The notes beneath the pieces were generated by a model. It was not told where the DNA came from and did not search any database. It worked only from the letters and a program-made list of their open reading frames with translations. Shown piece after piece: positions 38,001 through 50,832 of a stretch of 64,000 nucleotides of DNA. This DNA comes from Daphnia carinata (lineage: Eukaryota). The DNA is taken from NCBI RefSeq assembly GCF_022539665.2, contig NC_081333.1, positions 10,416,001 through 10,480,000 on the forward strand. The letters are read 5' to 3'. The number at the start of each line of letters is the position of its first letter. Position 1 is the first letter of the stretch. The translations under genes were made by a program, and so were the position numbers.

Positions 38001-38721
38001 GGCACATTTATATGCTTGACCGTGTCGCCAGGGATTATTTCATTTTATTTGTTCGCGAAGAGCGTTCAAGCCACACCTTACTAAATTTAATCAGCTGTTG
38101 GTAATAACTCAATATATATTTTTTTTAATTACGCATTTGTTTTCTGCATTTGCAACCGTGCCAGATAGCTTTCAGCCCAATTTTGATCTAGACATTCATA
38201 TGGCCTCACTTGTGGTGTGCAATTTCTTTTATTTTATTCGCTTTGTTAATGTTTTATGTTTCCAAAAAAGTACGAGGGATCTCGTGAGCGGAACTCACCT
38301 GCTTTCAATGTAGATTAGCCCCATTTAGCATGCAAGGCTCACATGAGTGCGTATTGTGTGTTTTCTCACTAAACGAGAATCGCGAATTATGTTCTTTGAA
38401 AATCCAGGCGTGTTACAACGTTCGTGATTCCTGCGAAATTCGCATTCTACATGCCCATCACACGATGCGTTGGCTTTCAAACTAGTTTTCCTAAGAGTTC
38501 CTTAATAAATCTATACTTTGTGATTTATCGTCGCTTGAAAAGTTTTCAATAATTGAGTGTTAAAATAGACGACGTAGATGAAGAAGTGTTGTTAGTGGTA
38601 TATCCATGAATCAAAAGGCTTCTTCGTTAACAGTTTAATTGCGCTAATAGTATTTACCTCACGAAGATATTTAGGCGATACCGTCACGAGAGATTCAGTT
38701 TACTATACAAAGAGCAAAACG

Positions 38722-41700
38722 ATGGGAGTTTGCCTTGATAACTATGATGGTTCTGAGTTAGTTAAAATGGGGAGTTAAAATCAAAGTCTCCCATGGAAGA
38801 AGCCTGGTCAGGATCCAATCCGCGATGGCTTCCAACACCACAGCGTTACCATTAAGACTATATAATTTATTCGCGAATTTTTGCAGACTGGTTATTTTTG
38901 AGCCTCCAACCCTTTGCACTGAGATGTGGCTAGAAGATCGGCATGGCATTGAACTTCGCAATCACACTACAGGCAAAGTTTTTGTCGACAAACTATTTCT
39001 CAAAAACACTTGCGTAAGTAAGCTTACGACCTCTTCAAAGTTTCACGTTTATAAAGTGATCGTAAAGAAGTAGAATCTTTGATGTTGATCTATAGGAAGG
39101 GCCATGCTCCGAACAAGAGGTTTGCGCCAGTAGCAAAATGGTCTCCCGTCAAGTCCCTAACAATTATAAACGACCAAAAGAAAAAGTCTTGCAACAGGCA
39201 AAGGAGTTCCTTGATGGATTCTTTCACTCTTCAAAAAAGTAAACGTAAAATTTTCTTTAATTTACAATTCATCTTTAATTCTTGAGGTTCGTATCATTCA
39301 TCTTCCAAGATTTGGCTCTGAGGAACATATCAGTCGAGTGCTCGAAGTTCATAAAAGCATCGAGGATACAAGTAGCTATGATTTGACATACGACGAGCTG
39401 GTGTACGGATGTGGTATGGCTTGGCGCAATGCTCCGCGCTGTGTCGCAAGAGTACAGTGGTCATCTTTGAAGGTGTGAAATGATTTCTTTAAAAAATTCT
39501 TATAATATCCTTATAGCTACATCATACAATCTGCCCTATGAATTTTAAGGTTTTTGATGCTCGGCATGTACAAACAGCTCAAGAAATGTTCCATAGCATT
39601 ATCGAACACATCAAGTACGCAACAAATCAAGGACGTTTACGCTCAACTATAACCGTCTTTCCTCCTCGCACTGTCGGTCAGTCCGATTTTCGTGTCTGGA
39701 ACAGCCAATTGATCAGCTATGCCGGTTATCGAAATCCGGATGGAACAATTAAAGGAGATCCTTCCAACATCCAATTCACCGAGGTGCGTACATATCACAT
39801 CCGCCTTACACAGTTCTACGACAATCACGAAAACGTAACCCAAATTAAGCGATTTCTGTTCAATTCTCCTCTCTTCTATAGCTTTGCCTTTCATTGGGAT
39901 GGGAGATAGAGCAGACAACTCGTTTCGATATTCTTCCCCTTGTTCTACAAGCTAAAGGACTACCACCCGAAATATTTGTCATTCCGGACGACGTGGTACT
40001 TCAGATTTCTCTTTCACATCCCTCGTATGATAAACTTGTTTATTAACAGTCGTTGACAACTGTGGAACTTCTACTAAACAACCAATAACCTCAGGTTCCC
40101 ATGGTTTGAAGAGCTAGGGTTACGTTGGTACGCCCTACCAGCGGTTGCCAATATGCTGTTTGATTGCGGAGGCATTCAATTTCCCGCTGCTCCATTTAAC
40201 GGTTGGTATATGGGAACAGAGATAGGTTCCAGAGATCTATGCGATCCGCAGCGCTACGACATATCCGAGGTAAATTTCACATCCATCATTTCGGCCACAA
40301 AAAAGAATCAATCATATTTAACTGAAGATGAGTGATTCGTAAAACAGACAGTAGCAAGCAAAATGGAACTGGACACGAGTAGTCACACAACACTTTGGAA
40401 AGACACGGTTTTGCTGGAGGTGAATAAAGCGGTGCTCTACAGCTACCAAAAGTGTGGGGTAACAACGTGGGATCATCACACGGCTTCCGAATCGTTCATG
40501 CAATTTTACGAGAATGAAATGAAAACACGGGGTGGCTGCCCTGCTGATTGGATTTGGCTCGTTCCGCCAATGTCGTCTTCGACTTCACCGCTCTTTCATC
40601 AGGAAATGGCGTTGTACTTCCTGAAACCATCTTTCGAATACCAAGTATGTTTTATATTACAGGACAATGGCTTTAGTGAATAAGTGATTATAGCTGCTAG
40701 TGAAAAGGTTTACTTACTTGCGCATATTTTCATCCAGACGCCGGCATGGTCAAATAACCCCAAAAAGTTGGCAATAAAACGCAGTGTAAAACGTACACCA
40801 AAGTTTAGAGCAGTAATGATAGCTGCCCGGCTCTGCTGTTACCTCTATCGTTCTTGTTGGTTAAAACGGCCTAAAGTGGTTCTGCTATTTGCTTCACAAT
40901 CTGGAAAAGCAGAAAATTTTGCGACGAAAACGTTCTTCAAGTTCAAGTCTCTTTTCCAAGCTAAAGTACAAACACCTTCATAGTACAGTCTCGTGACATA
41001 GGTATCTGTTTCCACACTTAAAAGACTTTTGTACTTCCAGCTGTACTGCATGGCTGACTACGATATTAATCAGTTGCAAGATCAGCAAGCTACAATTGTA
41101 ATAGCTTCTACCTTCGGAGACGGAGAGAGTCCTAGCAACGGGGAGGAATTCAAAAAGAGCTTGATTAAAATTAAACAAGAGAATTCAAAAATCCGATTCG
41201 TTAACAAACCCTCTTGGTATGTATTTCAGCAAATAACATGAAATTCCTGCTTAGTGAAACAAAAAATTAACTTTTTTGTTTCCCAGTTTTGCTGTTCTAG
41301 GATTGGGTTCAACAGCTTATCCAAATTTTTGTGCTTACGGAAAATTTGTTGATAATATGTTTCAAGAACTGGGTGGCACCCGCTTGTTGACACTTCACTG
41401 CGCTGACGAACTAAGCAACCAAGAGAAAGCTTTCCAAACTTGGCTATCAGATATCACGAATGCGATATGCAAACAATATCTTATACGGAATGAAAACAAT
41501 GATTTGTTAAACAAGGAATCTCCTTTTGATCCGTCGGATACCGTGTCTGCGCGCTTTTCCATCATCAAAGGCGGAAAAGAAGATGTTTTACGAAGTTAGA
41601 ATTAATTGTTTTCAATAATATTTTTTGTGTTCTTAACCGTTCTGTTCTGTTTTATCATATATGTAGCGCTCTCTGACGTCCATCTCAAAGAGGTATCACT

Positions 41701-43446
41701 TGCTCGAGTTTCTGGAAAGAGCATCATCGGAGATTCCAGCTCAAGGTAAATTGAGTTTGTTAGAAGAAAACATTAAAACTCCCATGAAATATAAAATCCA
41801 TTGATACAGCAAGGGATACGCTACCATTTTTCTTCAGCTGAACACCTTTAACTCCGAAAATCTTAAGTATAAACCTGGAGACCATTTGGCCGTCTTTCCT
41901 CGGAACAGCCAAGAAATCATCCAGCGATTTACGCTATGTCTTAAAAATTGTCCTGCCACTCGATCTCTGGTTCAACTTCAAGTTCAAAATCCAAATCAGA
42001 AATGGGAAACTTGGAAGAAAGTTTCACAGTGTACGTTCGACACCCTGCTCTCTCGATTCGTGGACTTGACCAGTTCGCCTTCCCAAGACATACTCAGGTT
42101 TTTGGCTTCTTCAGCAATTGATCAAACTGAAAAAGCGCAACTTAACATTTTGGCTGAGGTATTCTATAGCTATGAACGAGTTAATAAGAAAGACGTGATT
42201 TAAGCACTTTGTTATTCGTCAAGGATTCCGCGTCTTACAAACAATGGACGTCTTCGAGTTACGCCAATATAGTGGATGTCTTGGAGGAATTTCCTTCCGT
42301 TCATGTTGACGCAGCCGCTTTGATCAGCGTTCTTCCCGTTCTACAACCCCGGTTTTACAGCATTTCTTCCTCGACAGCCATTGTACCAACAGAAATTGAG
42401 TTCGTTTTATACCACTACGTTCGGATTTGTTTCAAAAATTCTAATCCAAGTTTTCCAACTTTAGTCTTATAGCAAGCCTTGTTCGTTGTCGAACGCAGGA
42501 TGCTGAAGGACGTGTTTTCAAAGGACTGTGCACTTCATACTTGGAAGAAATCCGTCGCGGAGATTTCGTGGCGTGCTATTTCATATCCAACCCTTCATTC
42601 CATCTACCTCTCTATACTTCCAAGCCAATGATTTGGATCGCTGCTGGTAGTGGGATTGCTCCTTTTAGGTTTGAATACTTCTATTGACAGAAAGTCATCT
42701 GGAATTAACGGAAAACTATTCATGCAAATTTTTCGAAATGCAGAGGATTCTGGCAACAGCGATGCTTCGAAAAGGGCGTTCCGTTTCACAGCACATTCAT
42801 CACAAAAGTATGGGGAAAATTTTGGAAGCCCACCGTCCAACAACAAGGTAGGAGAATAACCACTATTTCCCATAACGATTCGCATAATGTAATGGGAGTC
42901 ATTATTTGACATTGTCCGCCACGAAAAATTGTAGCTAGCAATCGGTATGGTTCCATTTATTTGTATTACGGATGCAAAGAAAAAGCTCTACAACCATTTG
43001 CCAGTGAGATGGATGCAATGATACATCACAAAATAATCAGCAGAACTTTTTTTGCGTTTTCCAAGGAAAAAGGAAAGAACAAGGTACGTTTAACTAATAT
43101 ACGTCTATAAATTACGTATAATTTCGGAAAAATTTAATTCTGTAACGCAGTGCTACGTGCAAGATCTGCTCTGGAAGGACGGCCCGCGTGTCTCCACACA
43201 GATTTTGAACGAGGGAGCTTACGTATACGTTTGTGGAAGGTTAGCAATGGCCGCTCAAGTGAAGAAAACCATCATTAAAATTATTTGTCAATACGGCAAT
43301 ATAAACCAGGATGAAGCCGAAATGGTGTTTAAGAATCTTAAGGTACGCAGTTTAATTCAAACGTTGAATTCCAACATATATATAAAGCACCAACCTTTTA
43401 TTAGGCTGAGGGTCGCTACAAAACTGATGTATTCGGAGCGAATTAA
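38722..43446 (+). CDS. NOS: Nitric oxide synthase, divergent, no autoinhibitory loop (many short-intron exons)
   Basis: Oxygenase: [13 protein letters not shown] (heme Cys), [54 protein letters not shown] CaM-binding-like basic segment follows. FMN domain: [75 protein letters not shown]. The start exon (38722-38756) is inferred from frame-consistent splicing. Confidence 0.95.
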
Positions 43447-43699
43447 GCTGAATGGCGAATGTTAGCTTCACCACATGCCACTGACCACCAAGGCCAGTAT
43501 AGGCATACACTGTAATAAACCCTTATTTTACTCTCTTAGATTATGTTCGTTTCCAGTTACTTCATTTTGTTCCTCTGTTACGATTATATTCCATGAATAA
43601 TACACACATGGATCTCCGTAAACCTTAATATTGAAAGTGCCATTTTACATCAAATGCGAAACTTGGGTTGAAATTTGAATCGTGCACTGCAATGGGTGA

Positions 43700-46027
43700 T
43701 CACAGTCGGTCTCCATATTTTTCCAGGAAGTCGAGAACAACACCATTGGTCCATCCAAAACCTAATTGAACGTCGTATTCTCCTCCACCTAAATTCGGGA
43801 TATTTCAAAATTCAAAGCAACGTATTTTTAATTTTTTTTAAATGTACCTCCTGGCAGGCCTAAAGACGTGACATCGTACTGAAGAAAATGAGGAAGAGTT
43901 AGACCGCATCAAACAATATAGCTAAACTTTGTTACCTTTTCGAACATAGCGTTAGGAATACTTTGCTGAAAGGCCAAAAAATTATTATCGAGCCATTTGT
44001 GAGCGATATCAAACGCCAGTGTTTCAGCCCTAGGATCGGCAGTATTTTCAAGTCCGTAAACCAATAAATGCTAAACCAAAGTAATATTAATTATCTGAAA
44101 GTGCGAAGGTAAAAAAATAGATTTTATAAGCGTGCGCGATGTGGAACGAGTCATCGCCAGCTATCTCGGTACCTGCAATGGTGCCCAGCCGTTAGGATAG
44201 TCCCATTGTTGACCGGAGTTTTGCATGGATGTCGGAAGACCGCCAACAAATCTGCATGTAAAATGTGGAATATCGTTGTATATGTAGTACGTATTCAAGA
44301 CGTTTCACTCATGGACTTACTGTAAAGCTTGGCTTTGATCAAGATAATTGAGAACACGATCGACAACTAAACTATTTTGAGGAGATACTTCATCCCAACA
44401 TCCAGCCCACAATGGTGCGATGTTAGATGCGTAAAAATAATGCCTTGGCAAATTATTAAGCATATCGTAGTCCAACCAAACTCCATCTTCCTCATTCCAC
44501 AACACCTACAATAGGCAACGGATGCAAATGTAGAACGATAATTTTGAAAGGTAAACGTACACGTACCATTTGTATTGCCTCCTTCCATGCAAGAAACTTA
44601 TCCTGATAGATTTGAGATTTTGCCTCGTCACCTACCAGACTGAACATTTTGGACAGCAGTTGCGCATTCATGCAAATAAAGGCATTTAAATCTACCGGGA
44701 CAATGTTTCTTATCTTGACGTTCGCTATGTCACCGACGTTCGTGCCTTCGTCATTGATAAACCATCGCGTGCTAAAATCCCAGCCGGATTCCGCACCGGA
44801 TTTCATATTTATGTAGAATTCTTCTAGTTCGGTCCCGCTTAAATTACCAGCGGTTTTCAGATCCTCTCTTTTGTATAAATAGGAATCTTCATTAAATCAT
44901 TAAAATTTCTTGTATGGGCAGTGTTTTGGGTAAAAAGATAAGTAAACCTGTAAGACTCTGGCCTAGGTCCATCATATTCCACGTTGTATCGAGCAAGAGT
45001 GTATCCGTTAACGGAAACTGTGCGGTTGGTTAGCCAGAACTCCATTTCTTTTTCCATCGTGCTGAGCCTTTGTCGAAGAAATTCAATGTCGCCAGTTGCA
45101 CTGACGTAGAGGTCAACCATTGGTATTAACATGGGTGGTTGAGATCGTTGTTGATAATAAATTCGACCACCATTTGGGATAAGTCCATAGGTATCAACGA
45201 TTTGACAAAAGTTATCTAACATGCCCCTGACCTAGAATGTTTTTTTTTGGGATAAACCAGTTGTTCATCATACGATTAGCTATCAAAGGTGTAATAATTT
45301 TTTTTATGAGCGATGTATCTACCGTTTGATTCATGTGGGAAATTAAAAGTCCTTTTACGATCCAGTAAGAATCCCAGTAATAAAATTCACGAAATCTCCC
45401 ACCAGGAACAATGAAAGGATTAGGCACATATACGATTGAATATAGGTCAGGATTATCTCGAACGTCGCCTAAAATTTCAGTTGGATACGTTAAACTTATA
45501 TGTTTACTCACGAGAACAACCGTTCGTACCTGCTATCTGGCGTCCGAGAGCTTTCCAACCTTCATGCAATTTTTGTCCCCAATCACGGAGCTCTAAATTA
45601 TTGACGTTAGAAAGAAACGGAGGATCACTGATCCAGTCTGAGGGGTCCCACGGCTGAAATTCCAATCCTTCAGCATCGAAGTTGGTATCCACAAATGTCT
45701 GCAATTGTTCCTTTGTCGGCTGGTTTTGGGTTTCAATCATCAACTGGGAAAAACTAGCCAAAACTATATCTGGGAGAAAGCGCAGTTTTTTATCCACAAA
45801 AGTTTTGGAATCTCTGTACAGTTCAGCGGTTTGAACGGCATGCAACAATGGGCCATGACAATATATTTCACTGTGTGCGCAAAAATATTTAGGATTTAAT
45901 ATAATAAATTGGATCAGAAATCAAAAGGATTCTCTTGCCTAGGACAGGGTGGCGGTAGTTGTGCGGTAAGGGTAAGGAAGAAACCAGCACAAATAGCTAA
46001 AATTGGAAATAACTTCCAAGAAGCCAT
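43700..46027 (-). CDS. Treh: Trehalase (GH37), secreted/soluble type
   Basis: Signal peptide MASWKLFPILAICAGFFLTLTA. Motifs SEIYCHGPLLHAVQ, DSKTFVD, PGGRFREFYYWDSY, PNGGRIYYQQRSQPP, PRPESY, AESGWDFSTRW, QWDYPNGWAP and GGGEYDVQLGFGWTNG. Ends KYGDRL* with no TM segment. First intron is GC-AG. Confidence 0.95.
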
Positions 46028-46936
46028 TTGATGAACGAACTCAGTTTATTAGAAAAAATATATATTGCGGAAGAAGAACTAAAGGAAAGACAGCAAAACG
46101 GTGGCAACTGTTCAAGCGATACGTGATGCGAATGCACGTTCGAAGGCAGTTGCTTATCATCGTGAGTTTTGTAATATCTCATGATAGGATTGTTGACTGA
46201 AGCCGTATATGCATCAAAATGCATTTAAAGGATGATAACAAGCGTGGCAGATTTTATATTAAACCCTGTATTTATATTAAACTATGATTAGCAATGGTTT
46301 CTGAAAATGCATTAGGCATCCTTTCGTCGTAAACACAGATTGAACATAGGTACACGGTAAGGTTAAAATTTTAGCGTTTTTTATTTAAATATTTAAACCC
46401 AGATGCAAACAAGATAAAAAAATTATACCTAAACTGCAGACCCGATTTTGGATCTAACCTATACTCGACACATTACATATTGAACTAAACACTCACACAT
46501 GCTACGTAAAATAATTGTAATTCAGTACAGTACGTCGTAGTAGAACAAATTTCAGGTTGAAATTCTGTAAAATTTGAAAGCAAATCCAGCTTTAGTATCC
46601 GAACTGAAACACAAATTTTCGCGCACATACTGGCGCCTTCAGTGTTGCCAAATTAAAATTTGACTTTAAACAGTATCTTTTTGCTCCTATAAGGAAAATG
46701 AAATCTCAAAGCATAAAATTCGTTTAAATATACACAAAGTTTTGCGTCTATTGTGAAATAGAACTGTTTTAACAAAATGAGCCTTATTTGTTTAGCGGCA
46801 TCATTACAAACAGCCGAAACACAGGCTGTCATGGCGGCGTAAGCACCAGGTTGTTTGGCTATTTTGTGGTTTGGCTTTTTGTTGGCTTAAGTTAGATTGA
46901 TGGTTACTTCTGTTGTTTAACGTATATCAGTAAAAA

Positions 46937-49900
46937 ATGAGTCAAAGCGGTTTAAGTGCTCCAGCAAGCCCTGATCCAGACTTGTCTGGAACAAGTTCAA
47001 GCATAATTGAAGGCCAGTTGTATACGAATTCGCGTCCGGAAAGCCGAAGCAGCATTAGCAGCAACTCTATGGTCGACCAGGATCAAGCCGCCGAATCCAG
47101 CCGTTTGAGTTCAAACATGGATGACATTGACAGAAAGTCTGACAGTGGAGAAGTGATAGGGCTTGATGAAAATGCCCAATCAGGTGGTTTGTTGGATGAA
47201 CACAAACAAGATTTGATGGCCAACGACTCTAGCAAAGAAGGTGAGGATAGCCTCGAAATGGTGTCAGATGATGAAATGGAAGCCAACGAAAGCTGCAAGG
47301 ATCCTTCAAGCAAAAAATCTCCACAAATTTTGGACACATTGATCAAAGACACAGAACTAGATTTCGAAGAAGATAACCTTGAAGAAGAGCCAAAGAAGTT
47401 GGTTGAAGATAAAAAAGCTGATGAAGATGATGAAGATGGAGAATGTGATGGAGAGAAGGTACCTAAAGAAAAAGAGCAGAGTGATGAAGAACTAGAAGAA
47501 GGTGAGGAACTAGAAGAAGGAGAAGTCAGCAGTGAAGAAGATGTGGGCAAACACGCACGTATGGAACCCCGGCCTGTTTGTCGGTTTTATAGTAAAGGCA
47601 ATTGTACTTGGGGTAATAACTGCAGGTAAGTGATAGTTAATAGGACAGTTTTCTCCACTTTACGGTTACCATTGCTTACATAGGTTTGTCCATCCTGGAG
47701 TCCTAGACAAGGGAAATTACAATATGTTTGCTCCTGCACGTCCATCTCCCCATAATGGGCCTGCTGGATCCTATGAAAGACCGTTTGAGCGACCGCCAGT
47801 CGTTCCACTCATCCCGCCGGCTGAATGGGCGAACGCGCAACCAAGAGCCGTGATTGTCAGGCCTCCACGTCATCCACAGGCATCGATTACAATTTCCCGT
47901 CCTATAAATGCCTCCATTGAATAATATTTGCTTATTACAGCCAGCTGAGCCACCGCGAACTGACGCTTCAGGTGCAGAATCTGCTTGGGAAAGAGGATTG
48001 AGGCAAGCAAAAGAGGTAGTATGGAAGTTAAATATCTGTACTATTTTTGGGTGTATTGACGAGATTTGTCTTCGCAGATGCTCAAAAAATCCAATCATCG
48101 CAAAGAAACTGACATCGACTTTGAAGAAAAGAAGCTAAATCTGGGGTTGGGCGAGGAAGAATTAGATAAAGAAAATGACTACTACACTCGACCTGCTAGT
48201 CCTGTTTTGCATGGAGACGTTCCTCCACCGTACGTTATATCATCATCCTTAAGAAATCCCTTGGAAGGAGAAATTTTATGTTTTTTTTTTTTTGTTTGTT
48301 TGTTTGTTTTTTTTAAATCTCTCTTCTTCAAGATTCGAAGAACCTGATACCGAACCATATCACAAATATCCACCTCCATCTGGCGAAGGGCGATGGCCTC
48401 CGTCACGTTATCCTCCTCCTCACCGTCATCCTCCACCTGGCTACCCGTATCCTTATGAAGGCCGCCGTCCTTACCCACCAGAATCAGAGTACAGGGAAAG
48501 GGAATACTATCACCCAGAAGGATACGAACGTCCACACTACTATGGCCCAAAGCCGATGGAACGAGATATGCATCCGTCTTCCAGCAAATCCCAACCCCAA
48601 CTTCCTCCGGGTCATGAGAAACGGTGGCCCGACGAAAGGTACTACGATCTAGTTTTGCGTTTGCGGTAATTGTCCTTAACTCTTTGATGTAAACGTTTAA
48701 TATAGGTATGTGGAAGTTGTCCCTCCAACTCAGCGTGGCCGAAGTGACGAATGGTGGGATCCGTGGATGAGGTCAAGATCTCCTAGTGGTGCTGGTGGAG
48801 GTGGTGTCGGTTCCGGTGGCCCATCCTCAGGTGCAGTTGGGGTTGCCGGAGGAAACTCGTCTGGAGCTAAAGGCACGAGGCGTCGTAGCTATTCGTCTGG
48901 GTCATCCTTCTCAACATCATCATCGACATCGAGCTCAAGTTCAAGTTCATACTCGAGCTCAAGCAGTCGTTCTAGCCGTTCCAGCGGTAGCTCTCGTTCC
49001 ACTTCACAATCTAAATCAATGCATGTCAAACAACGACAGGGCCGTAAACCCAAAATCGCAGAACAGCGTATCAAAGGGAACCATAAGACTGCCTCTTCAC
49101 TTCCAATCGCCAAACACAAACCATCATCAGCACCGATGCCATCATCACCTCCACACCCACAGTCCTCAAGGAAACCCATAGACAAACAGCGTAGCATACA
49201 TGAGAGGTCACCTCAAATTCGAAATCGGTAAATTAAATTTCTATTGCATACGTTTGGACATCTTGCAAATTGGCATGACTCTCATAGGGACTGGTCAAGT
49301 TCTTCGTCCCGTTCACGTTCCAGATCTCTTTCCAAAGTGCGACCTGTAACCAAAAATAACACCTCCGCCCTCCCAGCGAAAGCTCATGCACGAGGTCGTG
49401 CCGTCTCAGCCTCCTCGAGTTCTAGTGAATGGGAATCATCTCCCCATTCAAACGATGCCGGACGACCACGGCGAACGTCAAACCGAGGGCGAAGAGACTT
49501 TGCCGAACGAAAGGAACTACGAGGTGTGAACCCGCCATCATTGTCATCTCATGCATCAACTAAGGGGAAAGCAGCCCCTGAGCCGCCCAAAGTAAGTCAA
49601 TGAATACTTTTTTTTTCCCTAGAAAATCTTGTGACATTTGCCACCACAACAGGCGGAAACTAAACAGATTAAGCTGACTTTAAAGTCAGCTGCACCGCCA
49701 CTAAAGAAGATAACCAATAGGTTCAATGACGACTCAGATGATGAAGGTATTTCGTTTAAGTGGCTACCTTAGGTACCCGTACTTCAATAATCGTTCTCTT
49801 TAAAGGTTGGGAAAAGGAAAAACCCGTTCCGGTAACTGTACCTCAACCTTCCCCAGTAACTAGTTCAAGTCAGCCTACTAGGAAACGAATCGCCGAATCA

Positions 49901-50139
49901 CCACCTCCAACTGCGCCTGTATCAAAGGTGTGCATTCTAATTGAAATAGGATGAGCAAATCTTTGCATTTTATTTTATTTTATTTTTTATTGTTGTTATT
50001 TCAGGTTGCTAATGTATCACCACAAAAGACCGATAAAGGAGGGAAGAAATCCGCTGCTACGCGCCGCGAAGAATTGTTGAAGCAGTTAAAAGCAGTTGAA
50101 GAGGCCATTGCCAAGAAGCGTTCAAAGTTGCCAGCCTAG
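46937..50139 (+). CDS. ZC3H18: Zinc finger CCCH domain-containing protein 18
   Basis: Acidic N-terminus (ELEEGE repeats), CCCH finger CRFYSKGNCTWGNNCR|FVHP, ESAWERGLRQAKE, W-x-DPW-x-RS, Ser/Arg-rich tracts and C-terminal RREELLKQLKAVEEAIAKKR. Multi-exon. Confidence 0.9.
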
Positions 50140-50832
50140 TTGATAAGACTACCACGGACTTGGTCGACAGGCTCTTCGTATAATCCTGAAGAGTGTCATG
50201 TTTTTCTTATGTTGATCATTCGATAAAGTACCACAACCCCCAGGTAGTTTTATGAACGATCATAGTTCACACGTCATTGAAGTGAAATAATTTTGTTTTG
50301 ACTTATCACACTGTCACAACTTCATGGAACACTTGGAAATAAATGCGAAATGTTTCATATCATTTTTTTATGATATACCAATGTAGACAAATAACCTGAT
50401 GCATAACTTTGATATTGTTTGAATTTGTCGAAAGCCATATTCGACGTAAGAAGTACTCATTCGAAACCATGTTTGCTGGACCCGTGAACTTTTATTTCTG
50501 CCGTATGATAAAGTCCAGGTCGAATACCGAAATGGCCGTTTTAATTATTGCACATCTTAAATACTTCATAAATCTACGACTTCTCTTTCTCGGTCCCTTA
50601 GCCACCTACTGGGAGGAACGGGTATTGATCAAAATAAACAATAACCAGTCGTCATACACCTCGTGCAGTTTAGTTTGACACGACTTAAAAGAGTAAAAAC
50701 CCGTGATCGTTATTACTTCTAACCATTTCTGCCAGGCATCCTCACGAACACATAGCTACATTGTTGCAGAATCTTACAAACGATCTCTTTCTGCAGCCTT
50801 TGTGTCTTTTGTGTTGAACGTTAAAAACCGCC

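Noticed and set aside
35400..38700. NF-kB or other immune elements and short ORFs upstream of NOS
   Set aside because: Only degenerate matches, as expected by chance in AT-rich DNA. ORFs have no recognisable homology.
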